Virus record (IMG/VR): IMGVR_UViG_3300042847_000018
Location: 1-40,147 of that record
Length of the DNA stretch: 40,147 nucleotides
Direction: 5' to 3' (one strand)
Source of the DNA: a virus
Lineage: Duplodnaviria > Caudoviricetes
Notes under the pieces: generated by a model
The model's database searches: none
Told to the model about the DNA's origin: nothing
The model's input: only the letters and a program-made list of their open reading frames with translations
Translations under genes and position numbers: made by a program
Part shown: positions 1 to 8,566 of the stretch, one piece after another
How the letters are laid out: every line of letters starts with the position of its first letter
How positions within the stretch are numbered: position 1 is the stretch's first letter

Positions 1-112
1 GAGGAGCTCTAGGTCGTCGTCGGGGTGTCGGCGGGGAGGCCTGTGGCGTCCACCTGGCGTTGCAGGGCGTCGCGCACGTGGTCGAGGTTGAACAGGGCGG
101 CGTCGGCGGCGG
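1..112. repeat. 112-bp exact direct repeat of 39871-39982 (circularity/assembly junction)
   Basis: gaggagctct...cgtcggcggcgg is identical at both places; the sequences then diverge (gggtaccgg vs cgtaccgg). Confidence 0.95.
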
Positions 113-1274
113 GGGTACCGGTGGGGCGGACGATGGGGGTGGCGCCGTAGAAGCCGATCTTCTGTAGGGGACCGGTGCCTATGTTGCTGCCGGAGACCGT
201 GCCAAAAGCTAGCGGGTAGCCGTCGACCAATTCCGCGTAGGTGGCGTGGAGAGCAACCTTATTGACGACGCCGACCTGTAGGTAGAGGTTGGAAGGTCCT
301 CGGAAAATGGCGTTGTCGGATGAGTCGATGGATAGGAGGCCGATGTCGCCGTTGTCGGCGGCGTTACGGGCGGTGATGACGGCCCCGTTGGCGAGGCGAA
401 TCGCGCCGCTCTGAGCGGGCTTGTTACCGATGGCTAGCGCGCCGTCGGTCCTCAGCACGCCGACGCCGGAGCGGTAGAGGTTCGTGTCCCGGGATACTCC
501 GAATCCAATTCCGGCGTTCGGGCCGGTGTTGTTGGCGCCGTTGTCGAGCCATAGCGTCTGTGTGCTGGCGGCGCCGACGACGAGGCCATAGTTGTTAGTG
601 CCCGCGGTCATGGGGGCGATGTTCATGCCGTAGAGGTTCGTTATGGCGGATCCGGCGCCGATGCCGGGGGCGATGATGGCGACGCCGAACACGTTGGTTG
701 CAGTGAACGCGCCCGCTTCAGTGTCGACCCGTATGTAGAATCCCCAGCCGCCGGAGGTCGATGTGGCCGGGATAACCGGGATCGACATGAGGCCATAAAC
801 CGGGTTGCCGGTCGGCACTCCCCACATGAAGAACAGACGGTCGGCGTAGGGCGAGGACAGTGAGCCGACGCCGGTCACACCTTTGATGTTGAGGTTGCCG
901 GAGAAGGTCTTTGTCCCGCCGATGGTCTCGGCGCCGGTGAGGTGGACGACGGCGTTGTCATTGGCCTTCGCGGCGAGGTCGGCAGGGGTAACGGCGTTGG
1001 TCCAGGCGGTGTCGTAGTCGACGGCGGAGGCCTTGGTGAGGGCCTGGCCGGTGGCGCCGCCGGGCTTCACGCCGGGGCCGGCCGGCCCGGGCACGGTGGA
1101 CGCGGCGCCGGGGTCGCCCTTGGCTCCGGTGTCGCCCTTGGGGCCAGGTGGGCCGGGGGTGGTGGAGGCGGGGCCGGAGGGGCCGGGGCGGCCGCCGATG
1201 TAGACCTCGACGGCGGCGGCCCGGCGAGCGGCGACGATGGTGGCGCGGCGGCGGTCGACGATGATCTCAGGCAT
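9..1274 (-). CDS. Tail fibre / receptor-binding protein with short collagen-like repeat; 3' end here probably chimeric
   Basis: Start MPEIIVD overlaps upstream stop; GPPGPKGDTGAKGDPG collagen triplets; 'VVHLTGAETIGGTKTF' fibre motif; G/N/T-rich beta region; 'QKIGFYGATPIVRPTG' motif near end. Confidence 0.8.
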   Translation of the reverse strand: MPEIIVDRRRATIVAARRAAAVEVYIGGRPGPSGPASTTPGPPGPKGDTGAKGDPGAASTVPGPAGPGVKPGGATGQALTKASAVDYDTAWTNAVTPADLAAKANDNAVVHLTGAETIGGTKTFSGNLNIKGVTGVGSLSSPYADRLFFMWGVPTGNPVYGLMSIPVIPATSTSGGWGFYIRVDTEAGAFTATNVFGVAIIAPGIGAGSAITNLYGMNIAPMTAGTNNYGLVVGAASTQTLWLDNGANNTGPNAGIGFGVSRDTNLYRSGVGVLRTDGALAIGNKPAQSGAIRLANGAVITARNAADNGDIGLLSIDSSDNAIFRGPSNLYLQVGVVNKVALHATYAELVDGYPLAFGTVSGSNIGTGPLQKIGFYGATPIVRPTGTPAADAALFNLDHVRDALQRQVDATGLPADTPTTT

Positions 1275-1596
1275 GAGCGGCGTCCCGGGAGACGTCGAGC
1301 TCGAACTCGAGCCAGGTGTAGCCCTCACCGGTTTCCTCGACGTCGAGCCATTCGCCACCGCGCACGTTGGCGGACTCGGCGGGGGTGCATCCGAGGATGG
1401 CCTCGCCGGGATTCGCGGTCTGGTCGGCGTTGGGGGTGAGGGTGAACGTGGCCACGAGGACACCGGTGGTCGGATGGCGGGCCTCGGCGCGCCAGGTGGT
1501 GCCGGTGAGGACGTAGAGGGCGTCGTCGTCGTAGAAGGTGACGGGGTAGGCGATGCGGTCGCCTTGCTTGATCGGGAGGCGCCGGCGTTCGTCCAC
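1267..1596 (-). CDS. Tail-associated protein (BppU N-terminal/LtfC-like)
   Basis: 'LPIKQGD...YVLTGTTWRAEAR...EWLDVEE' pattern typical of proteins preceding tail fibres; GTG start 7 nt after TAGCGT. Confidence 0.55.
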   Translation of the reverse strand: MDERRRLPIKQGDRIAYPVTFYDDDALYVLTGTTWRAEARHPTTGVLVATFTLTPNADQTANPGEAILGCTPAESANVRGGEWLDVEETGEGYTWLEFELDVSRDAAHA

Positions 1597-1622
1597 GCCG
1601 GTCACGCTACCGGCGGGGCCCG

Positions 1623-1913
1623 CTACGGGGCGGGAGGCGTTGGTGGCCGGCGGTCGAAGTCGAGGCCGTCGACGGGCATGGGTTCGGGCGCCCATTCCTC
1701 GACGGCGAGAACATCGGCCTTGGCGGCGTAGATGCGAACGGAGGCGATGGCGACGTCGGCGACCGGGTGCGTGGCGGCGCCGAGGGCCCATGAGACGCCG
1801 CGGTCGGTGACCCGGAGGCCCTCGTCGTTCACGTAGTGCCAGCCGTCGGCGAGCAGAACACGGCGGACGAGGGCGGGGTCGTTTAGGTAGAGCACGGTCT
1901 CACCTCGGGTCAA
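1623..1913 (-). CDS. Hypothetical protein
   Basis: 96-aa ORF, normal composition, overlaps upstream gene. Confidence 0.6.
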   Translation of the reverse strand: MTRGETVLYLNDPALVRRVLLADGWHYVNDEGLRVTDRGVSWALGAATHPVADVAIASVRIYAAKADVLAVEEWAPEPMPVDGLDFDRRPPTPPAP

Positions 1914-2124
1914 AGCGCATGAGCACGGGGTCGATGATGCCGTCGGGGTCGGTGGCCTCGAGGAACACGGTGCGCCCGGCGGCGAGGTAGGCCTCAGAGA
2001 GCTCGCCGTGGCGTTCGGGGGCGGCGGGGAGGTCGTCGGCGTAGACGAGCTCGTCGACGATGACGGTGCCGCCGGGGTGATGGTCGAGGAGGACCCGGAA
2101 CCGGAGCCGGCGGTAGTCGGTCAC
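1900..2124 (-). CDS. Hypothetical protein
   Basis: 74 aa, coupled to upstream stop. Confidence 0.65.
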   Translation of the reverse strand: MTDYRRLRFRVLLDHHPGGTVIVDELVYADDLPAAPERHGELSEAYLAAGRTVFLEATDPDGIIDPVLMRFDPR

Positions 2125-2339
2125 GGGCCGAGCCAGGTGGTGATGATGCCGAGGAAGATGCCGGCGGCCAGGCCGACGGCGAGCGCGGCGATGGCGATAC
2201 TGAGGGCGCCGCGGGTGCGGGTGTCGACCCAGTAGACGACGGCCATGAGCGCGAACCAGACCTCCGTGAGGGCGAGCCAGACGACGGCCCCGACCCGGAC
2301 GGCGAGCTCGGTGAGCGAACGGAGCGGGGCGGTGGTCAT
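2121..2339 (-). CDS. Small membrane protein (about 2 TM)
   Basis: Two long hydrophobic stretches; ATGA coupling with upstream gene. Confidence 0.7.
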   Translation of the reverse strand: MTTAPLRSLTELAVRVGAVVWLALTEVWFALMAVVYWVDTRTRGALSIAIAALAVGLAAGIFLGIITTWLGP

Positions 2340-2608
2340 CGGGCGCGGAGCTCGCGGGTGTAGGCGATGGCGGCCTCCTCGACGGCGACCCGGGCCTCGG
2401 GGTCGGCGTAGACGTGGCGCAGGGCGTGCACGACGAGGGCGATGCGGGAGGCGCCGGAGGTGTGCGCCCAGTCGCCGAGGCGGTCGTAGTCGGCGGCGGG
2501 CATCTCGCCGGTGAGTTTCTTCCGGGCCGCCTTGAGGGCGGCGAGGCTGGCGGGGGTGAAGATGGGCCCGTCGTCGAGGACGGCGCCGAGGTCGGGGCGG
2601 GTGCTCAT
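2336..2608 (-). CDS. Putative ribbon-helix-helix centromere-binding protein (type Ib ParB/ParG-like)
   Basis: 90 aa, ATGA-coupled directly downstream of parA; 'KKLTGEMPAADYDRLGDWAHTSGASRIALVVHALRHV' fits a beta-alpha-alpha pattern. Confidence 0.6.
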   Translation of the reverse strand: MSTRPDLGAVLDDGPIFTPASLAALKAARKKLTGEMPAADYDRLGDWAHTSGASRIALVVHALRHVYADPEARVAVEEAAIAYTRELRAR

Positions 2609-3246
2609 GCGGCCGGCGTGGGGACGAGGAGGCGTTCGAGGATCTCGCGGGCCGCGGGGAGGAACTCGATGCGGGGGACGGTCTCGCCGACGGCGTCCTC
2701 GATGCGGGCCCGGGCGGGGACGACGTTGGTGAGCACGGGGAGGCCCCGGTCGAGGAACGCCTTGCGGGCGGTGCTGGCGGTGTGGCGGCGGGCGTCGACG
2801 AAGTTGAGGAGGACGCCGTGGTCGAGGTCGCGGCGCATCTTCTCGGCCTCGATGAGCCGGAGGATGGCGGGGAGGCGGTCGACGTCGAGGGCGGCGGCCC
2901 TCGTGGGGATGATGGCCAGGTCGGCGACGGCCAGGGCGGCGACGACGGAGGGGACGACGGTGCCCTCGTGGGTACGGGTGGAGGGGGTGTCGATGATGAC
3001 GACGTCGAACCCGGCGGCGAGGGACGGGAGGCGGCGGGGGAGGTCGGGAGTGTAGTGGGTCACGAACGCGATGTTGGCGGGCCAGGCGTCGCCGGCGACG
3101 TGCACCCAACGGGCCGCGGAGCCGCCCTCGGTGTCGATGAGCAGGACGGCGAGCTCGAGCGCGGCGGCCGTCAACGCGGTCTGTACCGACGCGGTCGACT
3201 TGCCGACTCCTCCCTTCGGGTTGACGAACGTGACGATGCTGGCCAT
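2605..3246 (-). CDS. parA: ParA family partition ATPase (short type Ib, ParF-like)
   Basis: Deviant Walker A 'NPKGGVGKST', 'VLLIDTE', Walker B 'FDVVIIDTP', 'ADLAIIPT'; 213 aa without N-terminal HTH; RBS aggaagga. Confidence 0.95.
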   Translation of the reverse strand: MASIVTFVNPKGGVGKSTASVQTALTAAALELAVLLIDTEGGSAARWVHVAGDAWPANIAFVTHYTPDLPRRLPSLAAGFDVVIIDTPSTRTHEGTVVPSVVAALAVADLAIIPTRAAALDVDRLPAILRLIEAEKMRRDLDHGVLLNFVDARRHTASTARKAFLDRGLPVLTNVVPARARIEDAVGETVPRIEFLPAAREILERLLVPTPAA

Positions 3247-3281
3247 AGCGCCGGGTCCTTCCTGAAGCGGATGCGGTGACG

Positions 3282-3650
3282 CTACAGGGTCGGGACGTGG
3301 GGACGTGGCGATGTGGCCATGTCGGCAGGTGTCGACGTGGGGACGTCTCGGGCGCCGGGGAGGGGCAGGAGGTCCCGGTCGAGCCAGGCCCGACCGAGGG
3401 GGGTGGCGCGCAGGGCCCGGCCGTCGGGGCGCCGGCGGGTGGCGGGCCGGCCGATGCGGTGGAGGGCCCCGTAGGCGACGAGGTCGTAGAGGGTGGCCTC
3501 GACGGTCCGGTAGGGGGTGGCGGCGGTGGTGAACACGTCGACGAGCTCGTCCCACGGGACTGGGTCCTCGGCGGTGTAGACGTAGTCGAGGACGCCGAGG
3601 ACGAGGGCGGTGGCCCGGTAGGTGAGGGGGTCAGAACTCGCCGAGCTCAT
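3282..3650 (-). CDS. Winged-helix-like hypothetical protein
   Basis: 'VPWDELVDVF...YRTVEATLYDLVAYGALHR...LRATPLGRAWL' wHTH-like pattern; C-terminus encoded by repeat array 1. Confidence 0.55.
   Translation of the reverse strand: MSSASSDPLTYRATALVLGVLDYVYTAEDPVPWDELVDVFTTAATPYRTVEATLYDLVAYGALHRIGRPATRRRPDGRALRATPLGRAWLDRDLLPLPGARDVPTSTPADMATSPRPHVPTL
3295..3350. repeat. ACGT-N4 8-bp periodic array 1 (7 units), parS/operator-like, upstream of parA
   Basis: acgtgggg acgtggcg atgtggcc atgtcggc aggtgtcg acgtgggg acgtctcg; TAGCGT -10-like hexamer at 3284-3279. Confidence 0.9.
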
Positions 3651-5175
3651 CGGAGAGCGGCGGTTCGAGGTCGCCGGGCGGGCCCGGGCCGGGGTCGTTC
3701 GTGTAGGGGGTGACGAGGCGCAGGAACGTGGATCGGCCCTCGCGGCGGTCGATGACGTGCCCCTCGGCGCGCAGGGCGGCGAGGGCGGCGTCGACGGTGC
3801 GGGCCTTGGCGTTGACGAGGTGGCGCAGCGTCGTCGCGGAGACGGGGACCTTGGCCTCGGTGAGGACGTCGGAGATGCGGCCCATGACGTAGGTCGGTTT
3901 GCGGGGGGCGCTGGCCGGGCCGCCGAGGGCGGGCGGGTCGAGGCGCATGATGACCCGGGCACCGTCGCCGTGCGGTTCGAGGTGGCAGGTGGCGGCGTTG
4001 GCGCCGACCTCGCCGACTCCTCCGGGGCGGTCCTTCTCGATGCGCAGGGAGAACGCGCCGGGCCGGGCCCTCGAGAACGGTTCGATGACGTTGAGGTAGT
4101 AGGCGGCGCCGTCGAGCGCGGCGAGTTTGTGGCCCGCACCGCGGCCTCCCCGGCCTCGTTTCTCGCGGTCCTTGGTGACGTGGTCGAGGAGGAGCACGGC
4201 GGCGCCGCTCGCGGCGATGGGTTTGGGTACGCGCTCGATCCACGCGGCGACCTCGGCGTTGCTGTTCTCATCCGCGCCGTCGCGGGCGAGGGCGACGGCG
4301 ACGCCGTCGATGACGACGAGGTCGGGGTTGAGGCCGTCGAGGAGCTTGTCGAGCTCGAGGCGTTCGGCGGCCCCGAACCGGCCGTCCTGGCCGACGTAGG
4401 CGAACCGGGCGGCGACGTCGGCCGGGTCGGCGCCGAGGGCGATGAGCCGGCCGACGATGCCGGGGGCGGAGTCCTCGAGGTCGAGGTAGATGACGGCGCC
4501 GCCGAGGCGGAGGATCTCGAGGGCGGCGAGCAGCGCGAGCCAGGACTTGCCGGAGGAGGGCTCGGCGAACAGGGCGTGCATCTTGCCGGCGTAGAGCAGG
4601 GCCCGGCCGTCGGTGCGGGTGAGGAGGGTGGCTTGTTCGGTGTCGAGGTTGCCGGCGAGGAGGGCGGCGACGTCGGTGAGCCGGAGCGAGGAGTAGGTGC
4701 GGGCCCCGTTGTTGGCGGCGACGTCGGCGACGCGTTGTTGTGCCCAGATGACGGCCTCGTGGACGTCGGCGGGCATGTCGGCGGCGCGCTGGCGGATGTC
4801 CTCGGCGGAGTGCAGGAGCCGGCGGAGGGTGGCGTGGTCGTGGATGATGGTGGCGTAGGAGCCGACGTTCGAGGTGCGAGGCGTGTTGGCCTGTAGGTCG
4901 ACGAGGACGCCGGGCCCGCCGATCATGTCGAGGACGCCGTCGCGGCGGAGCTCGTCGGCGACGGTGACGGGGTCGACGGGCCGGCCGGACTCGTAGAGGC
5001 GGATCATGGCGGCGGCGACCCGGTCGTGGCCGGGCCGGTAGAAGTCGACGGGGCGGAGCTCGGTGGCGAGCGTGGCCAGCGCGTCGGGGGAGAGGAGCGC
5101 GGCGCCGAGGATGGCGGCCTCGGCGCGGTCGTCGTGGGGGGGCGGCCCGCCCTTGGGTGCCGGGGCGCGGGCCAT
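3631..5175 (-). CDS. DnaB N-terminal domain fused to RecA-like/AAA_25 ATPase (replicative helicase-like)
   Basis: 'PPHDDRAEAAILGAALL...DFYRPGHDRV...VDPVTVADEL' DnaB-N; Walker A 'AEPSSGKS', 'LVVIDG', 'LLLDHVTK'. Confidence 0.85.
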   Translation of the reverse strand: MARAPAPKGGPPPHDDRAEAAILGAALLSPDALATLATELRPVDFYRPGHDRVAAAMIRLYESGRPVDPVTVADELRRDGVLDMIGGPGVLVDLQANTPRTSNVGSYATIIHDHATLRRLLHSAEDIRQRAADMPADVHEAVIWAQQRVADVAANNGARTYSSLRLTDVAALLAGNLDTEQATLLTRTDGRALLYAGKMHALFAEPSSGKSWLALLAALEILRLGGAVIYLDLEDSAPGIVGRLIALGADPADVAARFAYVGQDGRFGAAERLELDKLLDGLNPDLVVIDGVAVALARDGADENSNAEVAAWIERVPKPIAASGAAVLLLDHVTKDREKRGRGGRGAGHKLAALDGAAYYLNVIEPFSRARPGAFSLRIEKDRPGGVGEVGANAATCHLEPHGDGARVIMRLDPPALGGPASAPRKPTYVMGRISDVLTEAKVPVSATTLRHLVNAKARTVDAALAALRAEGHVIDRREGRSTFLRLVTPYTNDPGPGPPGDLEPPLSDELGEF

Positions 5176-5182
5176 CGCCGGT

Positions 5183-5380
5183 CTAGGCCTCGGGTGCCGG
5201 TGGTGGCCGCAGGCGCGCCCGGACGGCCTCCTCGGCCGGGAGGAGCCGGACGTGGCGGGAGCCGGGCGATGGCCAGTCGAACCAGGGGGGGCCGGACGGG
5301 TCGGTGGCGTCGAGCTCGTCGCGGTCGACCGCCCAGTCGAACAGGACGGGCCGCGCCGGGGCGCGCACGGTTAGGCGCAT
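5183..5380 (-). CDS. Hypothetical protein
   Basis: 65 aa from MRLTVRAP, RBS ggaggtg. Confidence 0.55.
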   Translation of the reverse strand: MRLTVRAPARPVLFDWAVDRDELDATDPSGPPWFDWPSPGSRHVRLLPAEEAVRARLRPPPAPEA

Positions 5381-5922
5381 GAGGTCACCTCCCGGTAGGG
5401 GACGACGATGCCGGCGCGGAGCTCGGCGAACTCGGGCGGGTCGGCGTCGGCCTGGCCGACCACGGCGAGACCGAGGCGGCGGAGCCACCACGCGTCGGCC
5501 TCGTCGCCGTTGGCGGGCTGGCCGCCGTGCGCCCGGGCGGAGGCGACCATGAGGTCCTTATCGGCGTTGCCGTCGCCGGTGGCGTAGAGGTGCAGGGTGG
5601 AGGGGGGGACCTCGAGGAGGGTGGCGCCGAGGTCGTGGGCGACGAGGCGGGCGACGGCGCCGGCCTCGGCGAGATGCGCCGCGGCGTACCCGCGGGCGCC
5701 GCCGAGGGAGTAGCCCTCGACGACGACGAGGCCGGGCCGGGGGTGCGGGAGGCCGAGGTGGCCGGTGAGGGCCCGGCGTAGAGAGTGCAGGCGCGCCGCG
5801 CGGACGTTGACGTCGACGCGCCGGCCCTTGGGTCGAGCCGCGGTGATCGTGGCGAGGAACCCGTCGGTGAGCGCGACGCCGGTGGCCGACACCGCGGGGT
5901 CGATGCCGGCGACGGCGGTCAC
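5371..5922 (-). CDS. RuvC-like Holliday junction resolvase
   Basis: 'VAGIDPAVSATGVA', 'VVVEGYS', 'EVPPSTLHLYATGDGNADKDLM', 'DEADA' motifs. Confidence 0.85.
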   Translation of the reverse strand: MTAVAGIDPAVSATGVALTDGFLATITAARPKGRRVDVNVRAARLHSLRRALTGHLGLPHPRPGLVVVEGYSLGGARGYAAAHLAEAGAVARLVAHDLGATLLEVPPSTLHLYATGDGNADKDLMVASARAHGGQPANGDEADAWWLRRLGLAVVGQADADPPEFAELRAGIVVPYREVTSCA

Positions 5923-7451
5923 GCCGGCCCCCGCCGGGCCGCGGCGCGGTCCTCGACCCAGGAACAGGCGAGACCGACGAGGGACGGTGAGACCTCGGTG
6001 AGGTCCTCGAGGCGGTTGGGGGCGGCCTCGTCGAGCTCGGCGGCCAGGCGGCGGACCTCGGCGAAGAACTCGAGGACTTTGACGCCGGCGCCGGCGAGGT
6101 AGGCGCGCCAGTGTTCGGGGGCCCAGGAGCCGGCCCTCGTGACGTCGAGGTCGCCGGCCGGCGCCGGGTCGGGTGCCGGCGGGGGCGGTGTGCGGTGGCC
6201 GAGGGTTCTTGACGGCGCCGGAGCCGGGAGGGCCTCGACTACCTCGGCCACCGCGGGCAGAACGTAGCTCTCGTCGCCGAGGTCGGCGAGCACGGCCCGG
6301 ATCTCGGAGGGGCGGAGCTCGTTGCCGGAGTCGATGGGCCGGCCGATCATGGCGGAGACGATGGCCAGGCGGTGGGCGCGGTCGGTGATCCCGCGGTTCT
6401 GGAAGGCCATGGCGACGATCTGGGGGCCGGTGAGGCGGGCGCCGTCGTGTTCGTCGACGGGCGCCGGCGGCGGGTCGAAAGCGTCGGGGGTCGGGGTGTC
6501 GACGACGTCGGGGACGTCGAGGGCGGCGTCGGGTGGCGGGCCCGGCGGTGGGCCCTCGGGGGCGGGCGGGTCGATGGGCGGCGGTTCGGGCGGCGGTGCC
6601 GGTGGGGGCCCGGGGAGGGAGGCGTCCTCGACGGCCTCGAGGGGGTCGAGGCGGTTGGTGGTGGCCGGCGGGAGCTCGGTGGGGCCGCCGGCGGTGAGCG
6701 CGGGGCGGGCCTCGACGCCGGCGAGCCGGACGGGGGTGTCGGTGACGGGCGCGCCGAGGGCCTCGAGGACGGCGCCGAGCCGGCCGCGCAGGCCGAGGGC
6801 GGGCACGTAGAAGGTGTGGCGGGGCTGGCCCGGGCGCCGGGATCCTTCGCGGTGCACGAGGGAGAGGTCGGCGGGGACGATGACGCCTTGCCGGGTGGCC
6901 CATTCGACGATCTCGGCGGAGGAGGCGAGCTCGGTGGCGGCGTGGTAGCCGTGGGTCTCGAGGCGCCAGGTGCCGACGTCGGCGAGCGCGGGGAGCATGA
7001 CGCGCAGGCGGGTCGTGGCCTTGCAGGCCTGGCCCTTGGCGGCGGCGTCCTGGCGGACGATCGGGTCGGGCGGGCAGGAACAGGGCCGATCCACGAGGGT
7101 CTGGCGGTAGCCGTCGCACCGCTTGACGAGGCCTCCGCCTTCCCATAGCTCGTACCACTGGCTGAGGACCTCGGTGCCGGGCGGGACGAGGACCTCGATG
7201 ACGTCGGCCTCGATGTAGACCTCCCATTCGCGCGATCCCTCGTTGACCCAGGGCCGCGGTTCGCCTCCCCACTCCTCGGCGGCCTGTTCGATGAGGTGTT
7301 GCCAGACCGAGGTGAGCCGGAACCGGGGGAGCTTGACGGGCCGCATGATGGCCTTCCCGGTCTTTTTCGAGACGCGCCCGGTGTCCTCCTTGAACCCGGT
7401 ACGGATCCGGCCGAGCTCACGGAACCGGTGTTGAATGTCGAGGATCGGCAC
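5919..7451 (-). CDS. Gp3-like (phiC31 recombination directionality factor-like) replication/recombination protein with Pro-rich linker
   Basis: 'PILDIQHRFRELGRIRTG...PVKLPRFRLTS...KRCDG...CSC...CKATTRLRVMLP...GTWRLETHGYHAA' matches the Gp3-like family as I recall it. Confidence 0.7.
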   Translation of the reverse strand: MPILDIQHRFRELGRIRTGFKEDTGRVSKKTGKAIMRPVKLPRFRLTSVWQHLIEQAAEEWGGEPRPWVNEGSREWEVYIEADVIEVLVPPGTEVLSQWYELWEGGGLVKRCDGYRQTLVDRPCSCPPDPIVRQDAAAKGQACKATTRLRVMLPALADVGTWRLETHGYHAATELASSAEIVEWATRQGVIVPADLSLVHREGSRRPGQPRHTFYVPALGLRGRLGAVLEALGAPVTDTPVRLAGVEARPALTAGGPTELPPATTNRLDPLEAVEDASLPGPPPAPPPEPPPIDPPAPEGPPPGPPPDAALDVPDVVDTPTPDAFDPPPAPVDEHDGARLTGPQIVAMAFQNRGITDRAHRLAIVSAMIGRPIDSGNELRPSEIRAVLADLGDESYVLPAVAEVVEALPAPAPSRTLGHRTPPPPAPDPAPAGDLDVTRAGSWAPEHWRAYLAGAGVKVLEFFAEVRRLAAELDEAAPNRLEDLTEVSPSLVGLACSWVEDRAAARRGPA

Positions 7452-7455
7452 GGCG

Positions 7456-8340
7456 TTAGGCGGTGGCCACGGCCGGGGCCTGGCCGCCGGGCGTGTCGGC
7501 GTCGTCGTCCGGGGGGAGGAGCTCGGTGCCGAGGACCTCTTTGGAGATGACCTCGCGCCAGCGGAACACTTCCCGCACGAACAGGAACGCCTTGAACACG
7601 TCGTCGCGCAGGGCGTCGACCGGGACGAGGCGCCATCCGCCGGCCTGTATGTGCAGCACGGCGGCGCCGTCGACCTCGGGGAGGGGGACCTCGATGCCGT
7701 TGGGGGCACCCATGAACTCGGCGTGCGCGTAGGCGGAGAGTTGGAGGGCGACCTCGGGGTAGACGCCTTTGCCTTCCTCGATGTCCCCACCGGTTTTGTA
7801 GTCGACGAGGAGCCGCACGAACGTCCGGCCCTCCGGTGGCCGCCACGGAATGAGGCCGGGGCCCCAGATGGAGAGGAGCCGCTCGAGCTCGATCTCGACG
7901 ATGGAGTCGAGGGTGCCGGCGTACTTCTGGGTCCTCGAGTAGACCGAGGCCTCCGAAGCGATGAACCGGGGCGACAACAGCTTGACGTAGCGGAGGAACT
8001 GGCCGGCCGCGGCACGTTCCTCGTCGCTGAAGTCGCCGCGCAGGGGCCGGCCGATGGCGTAGGCCTCCGCCGCGGCGTGCACCGCGGAGCCGTAGTCGGC
8101 GCGCTCACCGGTGAAGCGGAGGGGCTCGCGTTTGAGCCAGTCGATGGCCTCGGTGCGGTTCATGGTGAACCACGTTTTGGAGCGGTCGAACGCGAACTCG
8201 GCGACGACCTTCGCGGCCCAGAACTTGAGGGCGTCCTTGGGGAGCGCGGACAAGATGGTCGTGACGGACCAGTAGCGTTCGCCTCGGCCCCAGACGTAGA
8301 AGCGGCCGCCGTGGCTAGCGTTGCGGGCGTTGCGGGGCAT
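7456..8340 (-). CDS. PD-(D/E)XK (Cas4/RecB-like) exonuclease
   Basis: 'WSVTTIL', 'GSAVHAAAE', 'YAGTLD', 'LVDYKTG', 'LQLSAY' motifs. Confidence 0.85.
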   Translation of the reverse strand: MPRNARNASHGGRFYVWGRGERYWSVTTILSALPKDALKFWAAKVVAEFAFDRSKTWFTMNRTEAIDWLKREPLRFTGERADYGSAVHAAAEAYAIGRPLRGDFSDEERAAAGQFLRYVKLLSPRFIASEASVYSRTQKYAGTLDSIVEIELERLLSIWGPGLIPWRPPEGRTFVRLLVDYKTGGDIEEGKGVYPEVALQLSAYAHAEFMGAPNGIEVPLPEVDGAAVLHIQAGGWRLVPVDALRDDVFKAFLFVREVFRWREVISKEVLGTELLPPDDDADTPGGQAPAVATA

Positions 8341-8560
8341 CGGTGTCCTCCGGCGGTGGCGGGTGGTAGACGAGGTCGACGAGGACTCGCATGGCCGCCG
8401 CGAGGTGGCGTTCCTCGTGGTCGCCGTAGAGCTCGACGAGCGGCGGTTCGAGGCCCTCGCGGATGACGGCGAGCGCGGCGTCGACGTGGCCCGCGGCGAT
8501 GCGAGCCAGGTCGTCGGGGAGGTGGGGAGCGAGCGGGCGCGGGAACGGAACTCGGGCCAT
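8315..8560 (-). CDS. Hypothetical protein
   Basis: 81-aa ORF filling operon gap. Confidence 0.6.
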   Translation of the reverse strand: MARVPFPRPLAPHLPDDLARIAAGHVDAALAVIREGLEPPLVELYGDHEERHLAAAMRVLVDLVYHPPPPEDTDAPQRPQR

Positions 8561-8566
8561 GGCCCG

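Noticed and set aside
1-112. Duplication as DGR template/variable repeat or shufflon
   Set aside because: Copies are identical and direct, with no adenine-specific differences; no reverse transcriptase or invertase seen.
6504-6521. acgtcgggg acgtcgagg (and similar at 12637-12654) as extra arrays
   Set aside because: Only two units with 9-bp period, explained by Asp-Val codons.
7456-8340. Cas4 as part of a CRISPR system
   Set aside because: Standalone phage PD-(D/E)XK exonuclease in a recombination operon, without the Cas4 Fe-S cysteines.
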